The notes under the pieces were generated by a model. It saw only the letters and a list, made by a program, of their open reading frames with translations. It searched no databases and was not told the DNA's origin. A program made the position numbers and the translations under genes. A DNA stretch of 24,000 nucleotides, taken from assembly GCA_033105485.1 (NCBI GenBank), contig CP136956.1, forward strand, positions 1,243,088 to 1,267,087, written 5' to 3'. This stretch comes from Mollicutes bacterium LVI A0078. Its GTDB lineage: Bacteria > Bacillota_I > Bacilli_A > UBA3375. Numbering within the stretch: position 1 is the stretch's first letter; each line of letters begins with the position of its first letter. Shown one piece after another: positions 16,769 to 24,000 of the stretch.

Positions 16769-18080
16769 AACATTAAACGATTTTTCAAAATTATCAAAAG
16801 CTGAAGTAATCGAAGCTTTAAAAGCAGATAGTGGTAACGCAGTTACTAGCTATATTGAAGAAGACTTTGGAACTGCTAAATATATTGGGTTAAAAGATAT
16901 TCACATGCAAACAATGGTTCCAACTACAAGTGCATCCGCAATCTTAGAAAATCAAGTTGGTGGATATAACTCAGAAGTAGTTGCTAAATTATTAGCAGCA
17001 GGATACAATCCAGTAGCAATGTTAAACATGGATGAATTCGCAATGGGTGGAAGTAACCAAAATAGTCACTTCGGACCAGTTGATAACGCATTAAACGCAG
17101 ATAACATTCCAGGAGGTTCTTCAGGAGGTAGTGCGTATGTAGTAGGTAAAGGATTATTACCAGTTGCTACAGGAACTGATACTGGTGGGAGTATTCGTCA
17201 ACCTGCAAGTTTAAATGGTATTTACGGATATAAACCAACATACGGAATCATCTCTCGTTACGGAACTATTGGATTCGGTTCTTCATTCGATACAATGGGT
17301 GTACTAGCTAATGATTTAGAAGATGCACGTGTTGTAGGAGAAGCAATGATTGGTCAAGATATTAAAGATAATACTTCATACGTACCTGAAGGATTTAACT
17401 TAGACACTGAGTCATTTTCTGACTTAAGTGGTAAGAAAATTGCCATCATTAAAGAATTCAACGAACTAGAATATGATGAAGAAACAAGAAGTCAATTTAA
17501 TCGTTCAATTGAATGGTTCAAGTCTCAAGGTGCAGAAATTGTTGAACGTAGTATTCCAACGGTTAAACACTCACTCGAGTTATACATCGTTCTTGCTTAT
17601 GCAGAAGGTGCTTCTAACTTAAACCGTTTTGATGGTATTCGTTATGGAACTCAAACAGAAGATCACTCACCGTTTATAACTACTCGTCACTTATTCGGTA
17701 GCGAAGTTAAGAAACGTATCGTATTAGGTAGTTTATTACTTTCAGGAGAGAAATCAAGTGAAGTATTTGAACATGCTCAAAAAGTACGTCAAAAATTAAA
17801 GATGCAGTTTAAAGAAGTCTATGATGAATGTGATTACATTATTGCACCATCAACTTCAATGACTACTATCGGTAAAACACAAGATACTAATAGTTATAAA
17901 TTCTATTCATCAGATGTCTTATTAATCCCAGCTAACTTAACAGGAATGCCAAGCTTAACTGTTCCTTTAAAACCAGCAGGAAGTAGTGAACCAGTAGGGT
18001 TACAATTAATGGCAGATCGTTTTGATGATGCAAAACTATTCAGTTTAGCGAAATTCGCGGAAGGGAAGTTAAATGTATAA
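16761..18080 (+). CDS. gatA: Asp/Glu-tRNA(Asn/Gln) amidotransferase subunit A
   Basis: Amidase signature NMDEFAMGGSNQNSHFGP...GGSSGGSA...GTDTGGSIRQPA with a Lys-Ser-Ser triad context (IGLKDI). At 439 aa it seems shorter than the GatA proteins I recall. Confidence 0.9.
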   Translation: MNRTLNDFSKLSKAEVIEALKADSGNAVTSYIEEDFGTAKYIGLKDIHMQTMVPTTSASAILENQVGGYNSEVVAKLLAAGYNPVAMLNMDEFAMGGSNQNSHFGPVDNALNADNIPGGSSGGSAYVVGKGLLPVATGTDTGGSIRQPASLNGIYGYKPTYGIISRYGTIGFGSSFDTMGVLANDLEDARVVGEAMIGQDIKDNTSYVPEGFNLDTESFSDLSGKKIAIIKEFNELEYDEETRSQFNRSIEWFKSQGAEIVERSIPTVKHSLELYIVLAYAEGASNLNRFDGIRYGTQTEDHSPFITTRHLFGSEVKKRIVLGSLLLSGEKSSEVFEHAQKVRQKLKMQFKEVYDECDYIIAPSTSMTTIGKTQDTNSYKFYSSDVLLIPANLTGMPSLTVPLKPAGSSEPVGLQLMADRFDDAKLFSLAKFAEGKLNV

Positions 18081-19497
18081 TTATGAAACTATAATCGGAA
18101 TTGAAGTACACGCTCAACTTAACACTAAGCGTAAAATCTTCTCTCCAAGTTTAAACGACTCAAGCAGTGCTCCAAATACAAACGTGCACCCAATTGATTT
18201 AGGAATGCCGGGGGCACTTCCAAGGTTTAATGAAGAAGTATTACAAAAAGCAATTATGGTTGCTAATGCATTCGATATGGATATCACTAAGAAAATGCAC
18301 TGGGATCGTAAAAACTATTTCTACCATGATAATCCAAAGGGATACCAAATTACACAACAGAAAACCCCAATCGGTCGTAACGGTGTAATCACTTTAGATA
18401 ATGGTAAAGAAATTGGTGTTGACTTTATGCACATGGAAGAAGATACTGCTAAGTCTCTTCACCGTGCAGATGCAACTTTATTAGACTTCAACCGTTGTGG
18501 TGTACCGTTAGTTGAGATCGTATCAATGCCAGATATGCGCTCAGCTGCGGAAGCTCGTGAGTACGTTGAGAAGTTACGTGAAATCTTAGTATACTTAGGT
18601 GTTAGTGATGGGAAGCTAGAAGAAGGTAGTTTACGTGTTGATGTTAACGTAAGTGTTCGCCCTTACGGTCAACCGCATTTCAATCCAAAAGTAGAAATTA
18701 AAAACTTAAACTCATTTAGTAATGTTGCTATGGCAATTGAAATTGAAGCTAAAAATCAAACATTAGCATACAATACAAACCAACCAGTTGTTCAAGCTAC
18801 TAAGCGTTTCATGGAAACAAGTAAGACAGTTGAAACTATGCGTGTTAAAGAAGGTGTAGTAGATTACCGTTACTTCCCAGAACCAGACTTACCATACATT
18901 GAGATTGATGATACATATATTAATAATGTACTTGTTGATAGTGCTAAATTACCAGCTCAAATTAAAGCAGAATTAGAAGGATTCGGATTTAACAATAAAG
19001 ACATTGCTAACTTAATGACAAATGTTGATATGGTTAAATACTTCTTCCAAATGACGGATAGCGGACTAGATCCTAAGCAAAGTTTAAACTATTTATTAGT
19101 AAACATTAAAGATGTGCTTAATAAGTCAGGTAAGTCATTTACTGAACTTGCAATTACAATTGAGAACTTCTTAGATATTAATGAATTAGTTACAAGTGGT
19201 AAGATTTCAACTAACCACGTTAAGAAAATCTTACCTATGCTATGTGAAGAAGCGCAAGACGCTAAAGAACTAGTAAGCAAATTAGGTATTGAACAAATTA
19301 CTGACCCAGAAGTTATTGGAAAAATGGTAGACGACGTTTTAGACGCAAATGAACAATCGATTATTGACTTCCATGGAGGAAAAGATCGTGCCGTTGGTTT
19401 CTTAATCGGACAAATTATTAAAGCAAGTAAGGGGCAAGCTAACCCAAGTTTAGTAAATAAGATTTTAATGCAAAAGTTAAATGAGAGAAAATGCTAA
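18073..19497 (+). CDS. gatB: Asp/Glu-tRNA(Asn/Gln) amidotransferase subunit B
   Basis: YETIIGIEVHAQLNT, DLGMPGALP, DRKNYFY, HMEEDTAKS, NRCGVPLVEIV and YRYFPEPDLP are all classic GatB blocks. Confidence 0.95.
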   Translation: MYNYETIIGIEVHAQLNTKRKIFSPSLNDSSSAPNTNVHPIDLGMPGALPRFNEEVLQKAIMVANAFDMDITKKMHWDRKNYFYHDNPKGYQITQQKTPIGRNGVITLDNGKEIGVDFMHMEEDTAKSLHRADATLLDFNRCGVPLVEIVSMPDMRSAAEAREYVEKLREILVYLGVSDGKLEEGSLRVDVNVSVRPYGQPHFNPKVEIKNLNSFSNVAMAIEIEAKNQTLAYNTNQPVVQATKRFMETSKTVETMRVKEGVVDYRYFPEPDLPYIEIDDTYINNVLVDSAKLPAQIKAELEGFGFNNKDIANLMTNVDMVKYFFQMTDSGLDPKQSLNYLLVNIKDVLNKSGKSFTELAITIENFLDINELVTSGKISTNHVKKILPMLCEEAQDAKELVSKLGIEQITDPEVIGKMVDDVLDANEQSIIDFHGGKDRAVGFLIGQIIKASKGQANPSLVNKILMQKLNERKC

Positions 19498-20846
19498 AGA
19501 AAAAATTACAAACCTATCGCGAGGCGTTAAATAAACGCCCGCTTTTGTTCGTATCTAGCACCTATTTAATTTTTAGTATCGTTTTAATGCTTATTTTGAA
19601 AACACCATTTGTACTTAATGACGGTGTAGAGCTTAGCTTTTTAGATAGTTTCTTCACATCGGTGTCAGCACTGACAACTACCGGGTTATCAACTATTGAT
19701 ATCAATGAGGTATTTAACTATTTTGGATGGCTAGCATTAATTGTTACATTCAATATCGGTGGAGTTGGTATTATCGTTACTAATACAACTATCTTATTAC
19801 TTTTAGGTCGTAAGATTGGAATCAGTAACAGGTTACTATCAAAGCTTGATTTAAACCGTATGGATATGCGTGACATAGCTTCAATTACACGAAGAATAAT
19901 CTTCATCTTCTGGTCAGTAGAGTTAATTGGGGCTGTACTTGTATTCTTACAGCTAGGTTCTAGTGGTTTGCATGGTATGGATCGTTTCATGAATGCATGG
20001 TTCATGTCAGCGAGTGCGGTTAGTGGTAGTGGTTTTTATAACACAGTACCGTACGTCGGAAACTATAGTTTACAATGGACACTAATCGTATTAATGATTT
20101 TTAGTTTCATTGGTTATCCAGTAATTTTAGATTTACAAGAGAAGTATAAGTCTTGGCGTCGTGGTGGATTCTACCGTATGTCAACATTCTCGAAAATTGT
20201 TATTAAAGTTAATGTTGCAACCTTATTGTTATTTATGTTTGTATTCTTTGGACTAGAACGTAATGGAACAATGGCAGGAATGAGTTTATTCCAACAGTTG
20301 CAATATTCAGCATTCATGTCTGTATCGACTAAGAGTGTCGGACTGTCAATGTTTGGAGACTTTACTGCTTTTCACCCAATTACTTTAGTATTCTATACTA
20401 TCTTCATGATTATTGGTGGGTCACCAAGTAGTGCATGTGGTGGTGTAAAAGTAATTAGTATTTATGTTATTTATAAACATATTGCATCACTTATTAAACG
20501 TGACGGAGAAGTGTTATTCTATAACTTCAAACTTGGTACAGAATCAATTTTAAAGTCTTATGCACTTGTCGTATCATTTATCGGTTTATCAGCTGCAAGT
20601 ACGTTATTCATTTTATTCATGCAACCAACTTTAAATAATTTATATGTGTGGTTTGATGTTGTAAGTGGATATACTACAACTGGTTTCTCAACAGGAGCAT
20701 TAGCTGAGTTTAATGATATTGGTATTTTATTAGTAGCTATTTTAATGTTAGTAGGTCGTGTTGGGATTATTAACTTATTTGGAGCTAGTAGTGAAATTGG
20801 TGAGAAATCACGAGTTAAAAGAATTGAGAAAGAACTTGCAATATAG
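19491..20846 (+). CDS. ktrB: TrkH/KtrB-family cation (K+) transporter membrane subunit
   Basis: Four pore-loop-like repeats with the conserved Gly: SALTTTGLST, SASAVSGSGF, STKSVGLS and GYTTTGFSTG. 451 aa. The start overlaps the gatB stop (ATGCTAA). Confidence 0.85.
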   Translation: MLKKKLQTYREALNKRPLLFVSSTYLIFSIVLMLILKTPFVLNDGVELSFLDSFFTSVSALTTTGLSTIDINEVFNYFGWLALIVTFNIGGVGIIVTNTTILLLLGRKIGISNRLLSKLDLNRMDMRDIASITRRIIFIFWSVELIGAVLVFLQLGSSGLHGMDRFMNAWFMSASAVSGSGFYNTVPYVGNYSLQWTLIVLMIFSFIGYPVILDLQEKYKSWRRGGFYRMSTFSKIVIKVNVATLLLFMFVFFGLERNGTMAGMSLFQQLQYSAFMSVSTKSVGLSMFGDFTAFHPITLVFYTIFMIIGGSPSSACGGVKVISIYVIYKHIASLIKRDGEVLFYNFKLGTESILKSYALVVSFIGLSAASTLFILFMQPTLNNLYVWFDVVSGYTTTGFSTGALAEFNDIGILLVAILMLVGRVGIINLFGASSEIGEKSRVKRIEKELAI

Positions 20847-20855
20847 GAGGGCAAA

Positions 20856-22208
20856 ATGTTTATTTTAGGTATGTTAATAATAGTATCAACACTAATTTAC
20901 TTGCTTGTGACAAGTAATGAACGTGGTGCCCTTTATATATTTGGGGTAAGTTCACTAGCTTATTTTATTTTCGGATATGGAGTTCCTTTAAACGAAATTA
21001 ATATGTTAGTTGGAGAAGCAAATATTGGTCAATTAATTTTACAGTTTATCACAATTATGACCGTGATTTATTTAGTTAATAAGTTCGAAGATACTGTATT
21101 CTTAAATGACTATAACTTGATTCTAAGGTCATTCTTCTTTAGGTTTGAGACAATGACCTTAGCGTTATACTTATTAGGTATTTTAATATCTAGTGGTCAC
21201 ATCTTAACTGATTTACTAGTATTAGTAACTTTACTAAGACTATTTAAAGTTGACCGTTTTATAGGATATGTAGTTGTAAATAGCGTCTTGTTCACAAATG
21301 CAATCTTTATTTACCCGGCAAATAATGTTGAGTTATTAGATTCAACAGTTAGCGCTAGTAACTTAATGCACACGAGTAGTATGTTAGTAGCGGTAATCGT
21401 TCCAGTATTTATGTTAGTATTATACGCGGCTGGATTCTTAGTTCGTAACCTGGAAAAAGATATTGTTGTTGAATTTAAGATTCTAGCTATTATCGCAATA
21501 ACAACAGTTGTTGGTTTATTAGGTGTTGAAAGTTTCAGTAGTCGTCAGTTACTTGTGTTATTACCAATTTTAGCATTAGTTTTACTATATTTAAATGATA
21601 TGAATGTTCGAAAGAAATTCAGTCGATATAGTCAAATTCCGATTACTTTAAGTGTTTTATTATTATTAGCATTTATAGCAACGTTATACATTGGTGAGTA
21701 TTCGTTTATATTATTTATGACTTGTGCAATTATCATCAATTCAATTGTTTTAAATGAGCGTTATCAAGTTATAGATCAGATGTTTGTTGAAAATCCCGAT
21801 GAACAGAAGACGCTAATTACAGCGGTTGTCTTAATCTTATTAATGACAATATTTGCTAACTTTTCTGTATATAATGCAACTGAAATCGGTGTTCCTTATA
21901 TTCAAGCTGCTATAAACCAAGTGGTTGTTGGCCAATCAAATGTATTAGGTAGAACGTTCGAGTTGTATACAAATGCAGCGTATTTCACAACATATACACC
22001 GCAGTTGATCAGTAGCAGTATTGACTTATCAAATGCTCAATTTTTAATAATTGCGATTCCGGCTTTATCAATTATTGCCGTACCGACGCAAATTTTAATA
22101 ATGACTGCAACAGGGTATAAAACAAAAATTTCCGGAGAAATCTTAATGGGTTCTATCGCCTTTGGTTTATTAGTGCTTACATTAGTTTCTTACGCAATAG
22201 GAGCATAA
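20856..22208 (+). CDS. Polytopic integral membrane protein of unknown function, about 13 TM segments
   Basis: The RBS GGAGGG lies 4 nt upstream of the ATG. The protein is hydrophobic throughout, with one ~55-aa polar loop at about residues 339-395. I recognise no family motif. Coding status is supported by its length in AT-rich DNA and by TAATG coupling to the next gene. Confidence 0.7.
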   Translation: MFILGMLIIVSTLIYLLVTSNERGALYIFGVSSLAYFIFGYGVPLNEINMLVGEANIGQLILQFITIMTVIYLVNKFEDTVFLNDYNLILRSFFFRFETMTLALYLLGILISSGHILTDLLVLVTLLRLFKVDRFIGYVVVNSVLFTNAIFIYPANNVELLDSTVSASNLMHTSSMLVAVIVPVFMLVLYAAGFLVRNLEKDIVVEFKILAIIAITTVVGLLGVESFSSRQLLVLLPILALVLLYLNDMNVRKKFSRYSQIPITLSVLLLLAFIATLYIGEYSFILFMTCAIIINSIVLNERYQVIDQMFVENPDEQKTLITAVVLILLMTIFANFSVYNATEIGVPYIQAAINQVVVGQSNVLGRTFELYTNAAYFTTYTPQLISSSIDLSNAQFLIIAIPALSIIAVPTQILIMTATGYKTKISGEILMGSIAFGLLVLTLVSYAIGA

Positions 22209-23041
22209 TGACTTATTTAATAGTAAATGAATATACAAATCATATCTCGAAGAACTTAGATTTAAGAGATTATAAAGGTGAGAAGATTCAAATTAGAACT
22301 TCACCTGACAGTATTTATAAAGTTGGTGACTATGTAAAAGTTGATATCATTAACAAGAAACAAGTAATTGATTGTAAGATTATCAAACCAGATAATTTCT
22401 TAGATTACTATGATCACGGTAAATTTAATACTCAATACTTACAAGCTGAAATCTTAAAGTATGTTGAACAAATTGAAGATTCAAACATTAAATTAATCGT
22501 TGAAGAGTTACTTGAAAATGAAGATTACTTCGTATATCCAGCAGCTAAAACAATTCACCACGCACACATTGGTGGGGTAGCAGAACATAGTTTAAGTATG
22601 CTTAAATTAAGTGAAACCTTTATTGATAGTTACAATTTAGATAAAGATGTATTATTTGCAGGAATTATCTTACATGACTATGGTAAAGTTCGTGAATTAG
22701 AAAGTTTAGGACTTACATATACAGTTGAAGGTAACTTACTAGGACACTTAATGATTGGTTATGAATTAATTTGTAACACAATGTTTAAGTATGAAATTGA
22801 AGAAACAGAGAAAACAATGTTATTAAAGCATATGATTATTTCACACCATGGACGTCTTGAGTACGGAAGTGCAAAAGAGCCAATGACAGTTGAAGCATAT
22901 GTATTAGCGCAATTAGATGAAATTGATGCTAAAGTTAATTTATTACAAAGTACGTTAAAGAATGTAGAAGCAGGAACAATAAGTGGACCAGTTAATGCAT
23001 TTGATCGTCGTCGATTTTATAAAACTAAGGATGGTAAATAA
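22208..23041 (+). CDS. yhaM: HD-domain phosphohydrolase, YhaM-like 3'-5' exoribonuclease
   Basis: HD-domain motifs HHAHIGGVAEHSL, ILHDYGKV and ISHHGRLEYGS...LDEIDA, preceded by a short OB-fold-sized N-terminal domain. Confidence 0.7.
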   Translation: MTYLIVNEYTNHISKNLDLRDYKGEKIQIRTSPDSIYKVGDYVKVDIINKKQVIDCKIIKPDNFLDYYDHGKFNTQYLQAEILKYVEQIEDSNIKLIVEELLENEDYFVYPAAKTIHHAHIGGVAEHSLSMLKLSETFIDSYNLDKDVLFAGIILHDYGKVRELESLGLTYTVEGNLLGHLMIGYELICNTMFKYEIEETEKTMLLKHMIISHHGRLEYGSAKEPMTVEAYVLAQLDEIDAKVNLLQSTLKNVEAGTISGPVNAFDRRRFYKTKDGK

Positions 23042-23042
23042 G

Positions 23043-24000
23043 ATGGAAAAATTATGGTTAGAGAGTAAGAATGTACCAGAATATTTAAAAGCTGAAATTA
23101 AAGATATGACAGCAGCAGAAGTGAAAGCCAGATTCAGTACAAACCTAGAGTTCGGGACTGCAGGTTTAAGAGGAATCTTAGGAGCTGGAACTGACCGTAT
23201 GAACGTAATGATTGTTAGACAATCAACATTAGGTTTCGGACGCTATTTAAAAGCAAACTATGATGGTGAACTAAAAGTTGCAATTGGTTATGACTCAAGA
23301 CACTATTCAGTTGAATTCAGCGAAGAGGCAGCAGTAGTACTTGCGAGTCTTGGAATTAAGACACTGATTTATGATCAAGTAAAACCAACACCATTATTAT
23401 CATTTGCAGTTCGTGAGTTTGGATGTGTTGGGGGGATTATGCTTACAGCAAGTCATAACCCTAAAGAATACAATGGATACAAAATTTATAATGAAACTGG
23501 AAGTCAAGCTAACTTAGATCAAAGTGCAGCAGTTATTGGAGAAATTTCTAAAATAGAAGATATTACTGCAATTGAATTTGGAACTTTTGAAGAAGCCAAG
23601 CAAGCAGGAATGGTAACTTATATTGATGAAAGTTTCGATGATGTTTACTTAAAAGCATTAGAAGGAATTAACATTACAGATGAGCAAACTAAAGATGTAA
23701 AGATTGTCTTTTCACCAGCTCATGGTACAAGTGGAATTATTGGTCCTAAAGTACTTAAACACTTTGGATTTAATAATATCATTGAAGTAACTGAGCAAAT
23801 GAAACCAGATGGTGACTTTACGCACATTAAATCTGCTAACCCTGAAGATGAAGCAGCATATGAACTTGCTTTAGAATATGCTAAGCAAAATGATGGTGAT
23901 GTAATTGTTGTTAATGATCCAGATGCTGACCGTCTTGGAGTAATGTTTAAAAATAGAGCTGGTGAATATATCGCATATAGTGGTAACCAAATCGGTACAT
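23043..24000 (+). CDS. pgcA: Phosphoglucomutase/phosphomannomutase (alpha-D-phosphohexomutase), 3'-truncated by the window edge
   Basis: Not in the ORF track because no stop is reached. The frame from ATG 23043 is open to nt 24000. Motifs: LEFGTAGLRG, the phosphoserine loop TASHNPKEYNGYK and the metal loop DPDADRLG. Confidence 0.85.
   Translation, partial: MEKLWLESKNVPEYLKAEIKDMTAAEVKARFSTNLEFGTAGLRGILGAGTDRMNVMIVRQSTLGFGRYLKANYDGELKVAIGYDSRHYSVEFSEEAAVVLASLGIKTLIYDQVKPTPLLSFAVREFGCVGGIMLTASHNPKEYNGYKIYNETGSQANLDQSAAVIGEISKIEDITAIEFGTFEEAKQAGMVTYIDESFDDVYLKALEGINITDEQTKDVKIVFSPAHGTSGIIGPKVLKHFGFNNIIEVTEQMKPDGDFTHIKSANPEDEAAYELALEYAKQNDGDVIVVNDPDADRLGVMFKNRAGEYIAYSGNQIGT

Overview
AT-rich chromosomal segment, roughly one-third G+C by eye, from a low-GC, cell-wall-bearing Bacillota-type bacterium that appears to use the standard genetic code. 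Most of it is tightly packed housekeeping DNA on the + strand. The first block is a dcw-type operon (class B PBP truncated at the 5' window edge, mraY, murD, murG, murB, divIB-like) that runs on into a pgsA-like gene and a yuiD-like gene. A stand-alone infC and a monocistronic, strongly signalled gap follow. After an accessory region come yneF, then a long terminator-free run of ligA, gatC, gatA, gatB, a ktrB/trkH-like gene, an unknown 450-aa membrane protein, a yhaM-like gene, and a phosphoglucomutase truncated at the 3' edge. The non-housekeeping part is 9.8-13.9 kb. It holds a minus-strand block between convergent and divergent terminators, made of two units. One is a three-gene module with overlapping reading frames: an N-anchored Asp/Asn/Tyr-rich exported protein, a DUF1700/HAAS-like membrane protein and a PadR regulator. 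The other is a split acyltransferase-3 plus leaderless SGNH hydrolase pair. Next to it is a divergent promoter region carrying four copies of the 8-mer AAGTAGTG/CACTACTT. This region drives a structured ~100-nt leader with tandem look-alike hairpins, a 6-codon mini-ORF, an intrinsic terminator and an RBS-occluding helix. Downstream of the leader is what I read as a decayed Fic/DOC gene. I found no rRNA, tRNA, CRISPR array, transposase or integrase. The best candidates for something undescribed are the leader RNA with its repeat-decorated divergent promoter, and the exported-protein/HAAS/PadR module. All functional calls rest on motifs I recognise in the translations. No database search was possible.
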